From assembly GCA_030613375.1 (NCBI GenBank), contig JAUWMC010000002.1, forward strand, positions 1 through 51,146: DNA of 51,146 nt, written 5' to 3'. Below are positions 1-8,729 of this stretch, piece by piece. Under the pieces are notes generated by a model. It was not told the DNA's origin, searched no databases, and saw only the letters and a list, made by a program, of their open reading frames with translations. The DNA comes from Candidatus Micrarchaeota archaeon. GTDB lineage: Archaea; Micrarchaeota; Micrarchaeia; Anstonellales; Bilamarchaeaceae. A program made the translations under genes and the position numbers. Numbering within the stretch: the stretch's first letter is position 1; each line of letters starts with the position of its first letter.

Positions 1-103
1 TTATCTTTTCATTCTCTTCTGAACTATTTTTTTCTTTACTGTTTGAATCACTCTTTCCACCTTCGATGAATTAGAATATAAAAATTAAAAATCGAAGAGG
101 GTT

Positions 104-1010
104 CTATGGGGAACCTGCCCACTTTATGTTAAAAGAACCAAGCTCGGGTCCGGTTTTTGCCCCAAAAAGCTTGAGCTGAACTATGAATTTGTCTGCGGTT
201 ATTGCAGCGTACCTTGATGAAACCAGCTTGTTTACAAATGGGGCAATCTCACCTATATCGAATTTGTTCGCAATTACAGGAAGCGGAAGTTTGTCTAGAA
301 GTTGGTAATTAGATGCCCTGCACTTGAAAAGCCAATCCATCCAAATCATCAATGAAGGGGAATCTGAAGCTGAGCCAAACACCTGCCCGACTTTTTTCTC
401 TCCCATAAATATGCCCTTGCTGTCTGCACAAAAAGGGAGGGTTTCTGATTCAGGCTGGATTAGGCGTATTATATCAAAGAGCACATCCGCCTTGTGGTCA
501 ACGCCTTTATCTTTAAGGTTCAAACTTAGGTGGTCCACAGGCTTTGTCTGGTGCACAGGGGATTTCCTTGCCCGAACCAAAGAACCGACATTGATTAGTT
601 TGGGCTCGGAAAGAGGCCTCACTGTCCCGAAGCTGGGCATATCGCTCTCCTTTATGGGGCGCTTTGCAAGCACATTTATTGCAGGGGCTGATCCTTTAGC
701 AGATATTCTAGCGATAACTCTTTCTTTCCCTGGCACCATTGGGAAAATTTGGTGCATATAAGCATAAAAAACCTTCAGCCTCTTCCTCCAGATCGGAAAA
801 CCCTAGTGGGGTGCGCTGTGCGGTCCCCATAGAAACGAAGTACTGTAATTTCTGGATCCGCAACCAAAGCAGCAAATTTGTTTTCTGCAATTGTTGAGGC
901 GAGTAATCCATAAGGAATCTCAAATGCATCAACCAGTGCGGAAAGAGCGCGGATTGAGCGGGAGTTATGAATATTTTTGAATGTTGAGGTTTCCACTCTT
1001 TGCTGGCCAT
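104..1010 (-). pseudogene. Probably one ~300-aa orphan gene broken by two single-base deletions; the 217-aa C-terminal ORF (104..757) is open and paralogous to 1059..1808
   Basis: ORFs starting at 1010 (ATG, TATA upstream), 996 and 757 lie in three successive frames and join with two -1 events. The C-terminal domain aligns by eye with the neighbouring ORF (IWMDWL vs IWMHNL; DKLPLPVIANKFDI vs DSLPASTIFGLFNI). Confidence 0.5.
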
Positions 1011-1058
1011 GGGGTCAGGGATTTGGGAATAATATATAAAAAGATTTGCTTGTTTCCA

Positions 1059-1808
1059 CTAATCTCTGGTTAATGCGCGCAAGGGGACGGAAAGAAAAGA
1101 TGAAGGTTTTTCTTCACGGTGAAAACAAATTTTTACCGTGGTTCTATTCCCCATCGATTCTGCATAAAGGGAAACATAATTTGCTTTTGCTTTTGCATCC
1201 GCATAGAAAAAGTCTGCGATGTTGAAAAGCCCGAATATTGTAGACGCGGGAAGGGAATCCGTAGTAAAGCCGAGGTTGTGCATCCATATGCGAAAAGAAA
1301 CGCCTACTGCAGTTTTTTCAACCGTGCCAATCTCCTTTGAATCCAAAAGAATTTTCTTTTCCGTGAATTCAAGAGTCTTTCCATCTGCTTTTGGGTAAAG
1401 CCTTTTGAGCACTCTGGAAACGTTTCTTATGAGCGGCAGGAAGCCTTCCGGATTTTTTTCGGTTTCTATTGGAGAAGCAGGGAGTTCAGAAACAGGGTCG
1501 TCAAAATCCACCATTATAGAAATGGGCTCGCTTTGAGGCCCATTTATTTCAGCATCCACATCTATCTCCAGTGACATTCTTCCGGAAGGAGGCTCGGAAT
1601 CAGGTTTTGCCCTGAAGAATTGCTGAATTTCCCTGCCATCGGAATCCCTCTTTGGGGGAGTAATGCTCTTTTTTCCTGGAACGGGTGGGGGCGCTTTAAC
1701 CTGGGGCGCAGACGGGCGTTTTTGAGTTACAACTCTTCCTGTGGGTTCCCTTACAGGGCGCTGCGGCTTTACGGGAGCTATGGGTCCACCTCCATTGCCC
1801 TTTTTCAT
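1059..1808 (-). CDS. Hypothetical protein with Pro/Lys-rich N-terminus and a C-terminal domain shared with 104..757
   Basis: 249-aa ORF with a TTTTTTAAAC TATA box shortly upstream of the ATG. Confidence 0.75.
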   Translation of the reverse strand: MKKGNGGGPIAPVKPQRPVREPTGRVVTQKRPSAPQVKAPPPVPGKKSITPPKRDSDGREIQQFFRAKPDSEPPSGRMSLEIDVDAEINGPQSEPISIMVDFDDPVSELPASPIETEKNPEGFLPLIRNVSRVLKRLYPKADGKTLEFTEKKILLDSKEIGTVEKTAVGVSFRIWMHNLGFTTDSLPASTIFGLFNIADFFYADAKAKANYVSLYAESMGNRTTVKICFHREEKPSSFLSVPLRALTRD

Positions 1809-1856
1809 GGAGTTAATTAGGTGGGAAAATGTTTAAAAAATGGAAGTTGTGGGACA

Positions 1857-2609
1857 TTACTGCACAAGCGTGCTTAATGTCTTCTCTCCCTTGAGAAGCG
1901 CTTCTATCCTTTCAGGGTACAGTGCATTAGCTATATATGAAGGCTTTCCAAGCCCAAGAAGCTCCTTTATCTTGCCTTTCATGCCCCCTGTTACATCTGC
2001 ATGCTCCGCATCCGTAAAATGGGCTGAAACCTCCTCAAAATTGCTCTGGTGGATTTCAGGAACTAATTCCCCATCTGCAAGAACTCCATCTACATTTGTT
2101 CCAAGTATTGTGCGGTTTGCATCTTTTCCAAACCAGGAAACCAATTGATCTCCGGAGCATACTGCACAGCCTAATTCGGAATCAGGAAGCATATCTCCGT
2201 GCAATACCGGCATATACCCGAGTTCTAAGAGCATATCAATTGGCTTTCTATTAAATTCACTAATTCGCTTGTTTTTGAGTTTTCCGAGGAATGCGGGGGG
2301 AATTGAAACTGCCGGAACCCCATTTTTGTTTAGTGCATCTACAAACATTGTAGAGAGACGAACGCATGCGGAATGGGTTTCTGCTGCGCCTCTTTTTTGC
2401 TCATCGGTTTTTACCCCATTATCCAGATTATATTTGACTACGAGAGGGTGGCCGAAAGAACCTGCTCCATGGATTAGAATAATGTCGCGGATTCCATCTT
2501 TCCAGCCCTTTCCAAGCATTTCTGCAATCATATCAATATTTTTCTGGTCTTCTTCAAGGTATCCGCTTTTTTTCGTGAGGACGCTTCCGCCCAGCTTGAG
2601 AACCTGCAT
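1857..2609 (-). CDS. ipk: Isopentenyl phosphate kinase (amino acid kinase family)
   Basis: Motifs VLKLGGSVLT, IHGAGSFGH, LHGD, SGD, DVTGGMKGK. Confidence 0.93.
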   Translation of the reverse strand: MQVLKLGGSVLTKKSGYLEEDQKNIDMIAEMLGKGWKDGIRDIILIHGAGSFGHPLVVKYNLDNGVKTDEQKRGAAETHSACVRLSTMFVDALNKNGVPAVSIPPAFLGKLKNKRISEFNRKPIDMLLELGYMPVLHGDMLPDSELGCAVCSGDQLVSWFGKDANRTILGTNVDGVLADGELVPEIHQSNFEEVSAHFTDAEHADVTGGMKGKIKELLGLGKPSYIANALYPERIEALLKGEKTLSTLVQ

Positions 2610-2646
2610 GGGTGCATTAAGGAGGAGGGCTATTTAAATTTGGGTG

Positions 2647-2677
2647 GGTAATTGTGGTTTTATAGATGTTTTGGTGG
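2647..2677 (+). repeat. 31-bp direct repeat, copy 1 (contains a TATA box)
   Basis: ggtaattgtggttttatagatgttttggtgg, 27/31 identical to 3540..3570. Confidence 0.8.
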
Positions 2678-2695
2678 GAAATACTCAACCAATAT

Positions 2696-3544
2696 ATGTA
2701 TTCAGAGAGAGAAATTAAAAGAAGTGTGAAAATGGGCAGGGAAAGGTTCGAAAGGCTGTTGGAAACCAGCTTGACATTAGACCATATTGAAAGGTATTGC
2801 TCTAAGCCAAAAGTGGTAGACACAAACGAACTTTTGAGGGTTGCTTTTGATGCGGTGAATAACCTTGCCCTGCCGATACATGGAAAACTGATTGAGGAGC
2901 TTGGAAAAAGAATGCTTGAAGGTATGATGAATGGGGATACTGTAGAAGCGCTTCTTGCATTGGGCCTGCTTGCTGAAGTTGATGAAAAATCTGTAAGGGA
3001 ACCTGCAAAACGAATTCTCAAGGCATACTACTCAAAGGAATTCACAGGAAAACTGAAAACCCTTAGTGCAAAAAGCTTAGTAAACCTGCTTGAGCTTGGG
3101 CAGGATTTGCATAGCCCCTCACAGTTCGCCATCATCATGGACCATATAGGAAAAATGGCATTCATAGAAGATTTTGGCGATGAGCAAAAAATAAGGATTG
3201 CGAAAGTTGCAGTTAAGCTCCTCTGCCATGAACAGCAGAATGTGGTTTTTGAAGCTGCATTTGTATTGAAAGAGCTCAGAGAACCGAGCAGCTATCCTCC
3301 AATACTCAAGAAACTGATGGACAAGAATTCCAGAATGGAAAATGATGTTCGCAGGATGCTGAGGGCTGCTGCGGAAAATATTGCAATGAAAGTTACCGGG
3401 GATATCTACAACCTGACTTCATCTTATAGAAAGGGGGGGTGGAATCTGAGGGTTTTTGAGAGGATGCGGAAGCACGGCAGGATGCTCAGGGAACTGGAGG
3501 CGGGTTCGGAGCCCAAACTTAGATTGGTGAAACAGAAGAGGTAA
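2696..3544 (+). CDS. Hypothetical helical protein with a HEAT-like repeat segment
   Basis: Long ORF; segment VVFEAAFVLKELREPSSYPPILKKLMD...VRRMLRAAAENI resembles a HEAT repeat; ATG 2696 lies downstream of the TATA box. Confidence 0.7.
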   Translation: MYSEREIKRSVKMGRERFERLLETSLTLDHIERYCSKPKVVDTNELLRVAFDAVNNLALPIHGKLIEELGKRMLEGMMNGDTVEALLALGLLAEVDEKSVREPAKRILKAYYSKEFTGKLKTLSAKSLVNLLELGQDLHSPSQFAIIMDHIGKMAFIEDFGDEQKIRIAKVAVKLLCHEQQNVVFEAAFVLKELREPSSYPPILKKLMDKNSRMENDVRRMLRAAAENIAMKVTGDIYNLTSSYRKGGWNLRVFERMRKHGRMLRELEAGSEPKLRLVKQKR

Positions 3545-3570
3545 GTGTGGTTTTATAAAGATTTTGGTGG
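3540..3570 (+). repeat. 31-bp direct repeat, copy 2
   Basis: ggtaagtgtggttttataaagattttggtgg. Confidence 0.8.
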
Positions 3571-3626
3571 AAGAATTTAAAACCCAAAAAATTTGAATAA
3601 TTAGAAATATTTAGAGGTATTGATAA

Positions 3627-3908
3627 ATGAGCAAATTCAGATGCGTATGGCGGAACAGCAGCACAGAGCCTACTTCCATGAAGGGAGAAATGCCTTCAGC
3701 CTGCAAACTGAAGGGTTGCGCGGGCACATTTGAAAAGAAACCTGGATGCAGAACGTTTATGCAGGATGCACTTCCCCCTGAGCCCATAATGACTAGTTTT
3801 GAGTGGGGAAAGATTACGCTTCTTGAAGAGAGATTCAAGAAGAGAGCGCATTTTGGAATCTTAACTGCATGCAAAATGTATCCGACCCGTGCAGTAGCGC
3901 GGGTATAG
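3627..3908 (+). CDS. Small Cys-containing hypothetical protein
   Basis: 93-aa ORF with GAGGT SD-like site upstream; 5 Cys; fills the gap before ubiX. Confidence 0.55.
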   Translation: MSKFRCVWRNSSTEPTSMKGEMPSACKLKGCAGTFEKKPGCRTFMQDALPPEPIMTSFEWGKITLLEERFKKRAHFGILTACKMYPTRAVARV

Positions 3909-3910
3909 CC

Positions 3911-3923
3911 TATTTTAAAGCGT
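3911..3923 (+). promoter_or_regulatory. TATA-box promoter of ubiX; identical 13-mer before ubiD (7068..7080)
   Basis: TATTTTAAAGCGT about 30 nt before the ATG in both genes. Confidence 0.6.
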
Positions 3924-3942
3924 AATACTTCTGAATTGGAAT

Positions 3943-4476
3943 ATGCGCATCGTTTTGGCAATAACCGGAGCCTCTGGGTTACAGTATGGAGTGAGATTGC
4001 ACGAAGTGCTGAAAGAGCTCGGGCACGAAGTGTGGATTATTCATGGCTCCGGAACAAAAATGGTTGCTGATGCGGAAGGAGTAGAGGTACCTGAAGCGGA
4101 TTTTGGGGAAAATGAAATGGGTGCACCTCCGGCTTCGGGCTCGCACCCTGTAGATGGAATGATTGTTGCGCCTTGTTCTTTGAAAACTTTAGGAGAAATT
4201 GCAAACGGAATTGGCTCGAATCTGGTTTCAAGAAGTGCGGAAGTAATGATTAAGGAAAGGAGGAAACTTGTTTTAGTAGTGCGGGAAACGCCTCTTTCAT
4301 ATATCGCGATTAAGAATATGGAAACAGTTACGCTTGCAGGAGGAGTGATTCTTCCCGCGTGCCCGGGATTCTATTCAAAACCCCAAACTGTGCAGGAAAT
4401 AATTGATTTTGTTTGCGGAAAAACTTTAGATCAATTTGGAATTGAGCATAAGTTGTACAAAAGATGGAAAGAATAG
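3943..4476 (+). CDS. ubiX: UbiX flavin prenyltransferase (prFMN synthase)
   Basis: Motifs AITGASG, ASGS, APCSLKTL, RETP, PACPGFYSKP. Confidence 0.95.
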   Translation: MRIVLAITGASGLQYGVRLHEVLKELGHEVWIIHGSGTKMVADAEGVEVPEADFGENEMGAPPASGSHPVDGMIVAPCSLKTLGEIANGIGSNLVSRSAEVMIKERRKLVLVVRETPLSYIAIKNMETVTLAGGVILPACPGFYSKPQTVQEIIDFVCGKTLDQFGIEHKLYKRWKE

Positions 4477-4478
4477 GC

Positions 4479-5570
4479 TCAGAATGAGGGCGGAGCCATT
4501 TCAAAGGATTGCTCAAAATCTGAGTGCGAAGCAGCTTCTATCTCATGGACATCTACTGCCTTCTTCACAACCTCTGTTGAACGCTTGAGAGTCTGGCTTG
4601 CAGCCATTCCCTTCTCCACATTTGCCGTTGTTGCTGCTGCCTGCTCCAGCGCCTTTGCCCCCTTTGCGGTAGCAGTAAGGCCCATTGCTGCAGATCCCGC
4701 GAATGTTGTTTCTGCACCAGCAACACCCATCTCAAAACTTACTTCCGCACCTGCAGTGGCAAGCCTGCCTGCACTGGAGGTTGCTGCATAAAATGAGTGA
4801 AGCCCCTTTGCTCCGAGCTCGATTGCTTTTGCTGCCGCAATGGAGCCTGCAACTGCAAGTGCCATCTCCACAGTCATTTTCTTCACTCTAGTCTGTATTG
4901 CAGTCATGGAATTGGTGTATGCATTAAGTATGTAAAGTGAAGAATTAAGTCCCCTGCTTGCTTTTTTGAGGCTTTTGAGTGCCCCGGTAAGCTCAGTAGC
5001 TTTTTGCTCTGCAACTGATTCCTTCCCCTCAAGCACTGCACCAGCCAAGTCATTTGCAACGAAATATGCTTTGGAGTATTCTTCCCGGAAAACCTGCATT
5101 GTGCCCTTTTTTTGTTCAGGGGTTTTTCCCTGCGGGTCACCAACCACGGATTTGTGCGCATCGTCCATCCCCTCAAAAAAATCCTGGCGCTCCTTGGTAA
5201 GTGTTACGATAACTTCTTTTGGAGTTGCAATATTATCGGAAAAGATTGAGCCTACGGAACCAACTATGCCGAATATCTGGGCAGCACCCGTGCCCGCATA
5301 AACTATTGCTTTGTCCCCCAAATCCGGCATCTTATCCATTGCGGAGGAGAATTGCTTTTCAATGCTGTTATAACCCTGTCTGAGGCTCTGGAGGGAGCCC
5401 AGCATATCCTCCATTGCAGGAAGATATTGCTGTGCAAAATCTCTTGCCTGCTCAACCTTAGGCGCGCTTACGAAATCCCCCCGGAATTCGTTGCGCACAA
5501 GCGCATGCATCGCCTGCACAGTCTGGTCAAGCTTTTTTTCCTGCTTGGAAATTGGTGCCTTATATGCCAT
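4479..5570 (-). CDS. Hypothetical Ala-rich helical protein with two hydrophobic Gly/Ala segments
   Basis: 363-aa ORF, 7 nt downstream of the 306-aa gene, GGAGT SD-like site upstream. Confidence 0.8.
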   Translation of the reverse strand: MAYKAPISKQEKKLDQTVQAMHALVRNEFRGDFVSAPKVEQARDFAQQYLPAMEDMLGSLQSLRQGYNSIEKQFSSAMDKMPDLGDKAIVYAGTGAAQIFGIVGSVGSIFSDNIATPKEVIVTLTKERQDFFEGMDDAHKSVVGDPQGKTPEQKKGTMQVFREEYSKAYFVANDLAGAVLEGKESVAEQKATELTGALKSLKKASRGLNSSLYILNAYTNSMTAIQTRVKKMTVEMALAVAGSIAAAKAIELGAKGLHSFYAATSSAGRLATAGAEVSFEMGVAGAETTFAGSAAMGLTATAKGAKALEQAAATTANVEKGMAASQTLKRSTEVVKKAVDVHEIEAASHSDFEQSFEMAPPSF

Positions 5571-5577
5571 AAGAACA

Positions 5578-6498
5578 CTACTCCATCCTTTTCTTCAGCT
5601 CATCCTTTGTTTCCTGGGGGATGCGGGTACTCTTCAGTACAGAGTTTGCTGCAGCCCTTGCCTGGTTCTTGGTTTCTATGCTTAGGGCAGGATCCTTAAT
5701 CAGTTCTGCAAACGCAAGCGGATCGACTATTTTTACCAGATTAAGGAGGGCAGATTTTGTAGGTGCGGAAATTCCTTCTGTTTTGAGTGCTTTGGTAATA
5801 TCTTCAATTGCTTTTGCCACATCAAGCTTTCCGCTTTTCACCATGGAGATGCAGACCATGTTTGCAAATGGGCCGGAGAGTGAAATGTCCCTTGTGGAAA
5901 GGCCCGGAAAATTGAAATTGTCCCTTGCCGCATCCATGTTTGCAACCATGCTGAGTGCTGCGCGAAAACCCGCATGCCCGGATTTTGCAACTCCGTATGC
6001 AAGAGACTGCATAAGGCTGAGGCGTTCGGGCTCCTTTTTCTTGAGGTCAGATATGCTCATTGAAAAATCAGTGGAGAATGTGCTGGCTGCATGGGTAAGC
6101 AGTTCATCAAGCGCAGGGTTTCCGGTCCCGTAGGTGAAATCTGATTCTGTTTCCGCATACTTGAACACGAATGCATTTACCACATTGTATTTGTCTTCTA
6201 CAGGAACATCGCTTTTCAGAAAATTGAATACAAGGGATGAAGAGCTTACGAGCTCCATGTCCCGGATTGCATTCAGAACTTCCTTTTGCTCAACTTTCGC
6301 CTTCCCAAGCGTAATTGATGGTGCAACTCCCTCTGCAATAGGGGCAGCGTTTTCTCCTTTCTTTACCTCTTTTACCTCAGCCATGTTTCCACATCCTACA
6401 AAAGCAAGCGAAAGTAAGGGAGGCACCAGCGTGAATTTAAGGGCTGTGGCCACCCGGGGGAACTTTTGCGCTTTCCCCGCTTTCAGTTGCTTTTTCAT
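5578..6498 (-). CDS. Putative lipoprotein, unknown function
   Basis: Basic N-region, hydrophobic stretch and lipobox-like LAFVG-C; 306 aa. Confidence 0.75.
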   Translation of the reverse strand: MKKQLKAGKAQKFPRVATALKFTLVPPLLSLAFVGCGNMAEVKEVKKGENAAPIAEGVAPSITLGKAKVEQKEVLNAIRDMELVSSSSLVFNFLKSDVPVEDKYNVVNAFVFKYAETESDFTYGTGNPALDELLTHAASTFSTDFSMSISDLKKKEPERLSLMQSLAYGVAKSGHAGFRAALSMVANMDAARDNFNFPGLSTRDISLSGPFANMVCISMVKSGKLDVAKAIEDITKALKTEGISAPTKSALLNLVKIVDPLAFAELIKDPALSIETKNQARAAANSVLKSTRIPQETKDELKKRME

Positions 6499-6553
6499 AG
6501 AATTAAATTATTGGGAAGAATAAAATTAAAAGGATAGGGCTGAAGTAGGGTCC

Positions 6554-7063
6554 ATGGCGTACCTGAAGAAGCTTGAGCAGTTTCTGAAAGAGAAACAGCA
6601 TGCTGAGCTTCAAAAATTCTGCAGGGAAAAGCTCCAATTTACCCCTGAGGATACGGATTTGCTTTTCTATTATGCAGTTTCCCTTGAGATGCTTGGGAGA
6701 TATGATGCTTCAAGGAATACTTTTGAAAAACTCTTTAGGATTACAAAGGATAAAATTTTCAGGATATGTGAAGCGATCCCGGAATTTATGAAGGGAGATA
6801 AAGAGAAAGCGGTTTCTATTCTCAAGTATGCTACCCGCAAGGATGATAATCCTGAACACCTTCTCTTTGCATTTCGGGTTGCGATAGATGGGGGGGAAGG
6901 AAGGATTGCATCCGAAGCACTCAAGAAAGCCTTTTCTTTGGACCCGAATAAAACAATTGTTCTGCTGCAGGAGTATTTTGAAGGGCTGCATGAAAAGAGG
7001 CCGGAAAGGGTACTGCTTTTTGTTTCTCTGCTTGAGCTCCTGAAGGAAGTTGAAAACACATAA
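6554..7063 (+). CDS. TPR-like repeat protein
   Basis: PEDTDLLFYYAVSLEMLGRYDASRNTFEK and ALKKAFSLDP match TPR patterns. Confidence 0.75.
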   Translation: MAYLKKLEQFLKEKQHAELQKFCREKLQFTPEDTDLLFYYAVSLEMLGRYDASRNTFEKLFRITKDKIFRICEAIPEFMKGDKEKAVSILKYATRKDDNPEHLLFAFRVAIDGGEGRIASEALKKAFSLDPNKTIVLLQEYFEGLHEKRPERVLLFVSLLELLKEVENT

Positions 7064-7097
7064 TCATTATTTTAAAGCGTTGTGCAGAGATAAATGC

Positions 7098-8384
7098 ATG
7101 AAGTCTTTTCGTGATTTTGTAGCTGAATTAAAGAAGAATGGCGAGCTAAAACAGATTGAGCCCTCCATGAAGAAATACCTTGAGATGGCAGGGGTGTTCA
7201 GTGCGTTCCAGCCCACGCCGGTTATGGGGCATGCGGAAGAATCTAGTATTCGGTGTGTTTCAAACATTTTTGCAACTAAGGAGAAGGTTGCGGAGTATTT
7301 AGGGTGTGAGGTTTCAAAGATTAGGGAAAAAATGGTAAATGCAATAAATAATCCTTCTGCCCCTGCAAAGGCAAATACTGGCCCGGTGCTTGAAAAAACA
7401 ATGTCTTCTTTGGATGAGATTCCAGTTCCTACCCATACTGACAAGGATGGAGGGCCGTATATCTGCTCAGGAATAGTTATTGCAAAAGACCCTGAGCTTG
7501 GGCAAAACTGCTCATTCCACAGGATGATGGTTATTGATGGGGAGAGGCTGGTTTTGAGGATTTTAGAGAGGCACCTGCATCAGTTTATTGAAAGGGCGGG
7601 GGGAAGATTAGATGTTGCAGTAATAATTGGGGCTCCAATTAATGTGCTTCTTGCTTCAGCTATTTCTTCTAAATTAGGGCAGAATGAATTGGAAATTGCA
7701 AATACTCTAATGCCTTTTGAAACTGTAGAATTAATGAATGGAATAGAAATTCCAAAGGACGTGGAATTTGCATTTGTTGGAACAATAGATTCCAGTGAAC
7801 TTGCAGATGAAGGCCCGTTTGTGGATTTAACTAATACTTATGATATTGTAAGGAAGCAGCCTGTGATGCAGGTAAAGAAGATATATCATAGGGAAAACCC
7901 GATATTCCATGCACTGCTTCCAGGGGGAATGGAGCATAAAATCCTTATGGGAATGCCGAGGGAGCCCACAATTTTCAATGAAGTAAATAAAGTTGCAGAA
8001 TGCACTGGAGTAAATATTACTCCTGGGGGGTGCTCATGGCTGCATGCAGTAGTTTCAATTAATAAGAAATCTGAAGAAGATGGAAAAAAGGCGATTGAAG
8101 CTGCATTTGCAGGGCACAAATCATTAAAAAAAGTAATTGTTGTGGATTCTGAAATTGATGTGAATAATCCAGATGAAGTGGAGTGGGCACTTGCTACAAG
8201 GTTCCAGGCTTCAAAGGATTTAGTTGTAAAGGAGAATGAGCATGGCTCTTCCCTGGACCCTTCTGCTGAACCAGGGGAGAAGGCAAGCATTACTGCAAAA
8301 ATGGGCCTTGATGCAACAAAACCTCTTGAAGGAGAGCACTTTGAAAGGGTGAAATTCCTTGAAGTAAACAAGGAGGATTACTGA
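7098..8384 (+). CDS. ubiD: UbiD-family decarboxylase, likely trans-anhydromevalonate 5-phosphate decarboxylase
   Basis: Motifs DGGPYI, NCSFHRM, EGPFVD, EVEWALATRFQ, GSSLDPS, KMGLDAT; clustered with ipk, ubiX and acnX. Confidence 0.93.
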   Translation: MKSFRDFVAELKKNGELKQIEPSMKKYLEMAGVFSAFQPTPVMGHAEESSIRCVSNIFATKEKVAEYLGCEVSKIREKMVNAINNPSAPAKANTGPVLEKTMSSLDEIPVPTHTDKDGGPYICSGIVIAKDPELGQNCSFHRMMVIDGERLVLRILERHLHQFIERAGGRLDVAVIIGAPINVLLASAISSKLGQNELEIANTLMPFETVELMNGIEIPKDVEFAFVGTIDSSELADEGPFVDLTNTYDIVRKQPVMQVKKIYHRENPIFHALLPGGMEHKILMGMPREPTIFNEVNKVAECTGVNITPGGCSWLHAVVSINKKSEEDGKKAIEAAFAGHKSLKKVIVVDSEIDVNNPDEVEWALATRFQASKDLVVKENEHGSSLDPSAEPGEKASITAKMGLDATKPLEGEHFERVKFLEVNKEDY

Positions 8385-8729
8385 ATGATTGAATCTTATG
8401 AATTTGGAAAGATTGTGATTGGTGGGAAAGAATATACTAACGATGTAATTATAGTTAAGGGAAAAGTTTACCCAAACTGGTTTAGGGCGGAGGGGCATTT
8501 TTTATCTAAAGAGGATTTAGGGCCGATTTTGGAAGGGGGAATACATACTTTGCTTATTGGAACAGGATATAACTGTGTTATGCGTGTGGGAGAGGATGTG
8601 CGGAAGTATTGCAGGGAAAAGAAAATTGAATTAATTGAGCTTGGAAGTAGGGAGATTGTGGATAAGTATAATGAGTTTGAGCATAAAGACCTGAGCGGGG
8701 TTGCTTTGGGAATACATTTGACCTGTTAG
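8385..8729 (+). CDS. Mth938-like (DUF498) protein
   Basis: IESYEFGKIVIGGKEYTNDVII, LLIGTG, C-terminal HLTC; abuts the ubiD stop. Confidence 0.9.
   Translation: MIESYEFGKIVIGGKEYTNDVIIVKGKVYPNWFRAEGHFLSKEDLGPILEGGIHTLLIGTGYNCVMRVGEDVRKYCREKKIELIELGSREIVDKYNEFEHKDLSGVALGIHLTC

Noticed and set aside
1..51. SD-preceded GTG ORF on the minus strand at the window edge
   Set aside because: Only 16 codons before a stop at the window boundary; cannot be evaluated.
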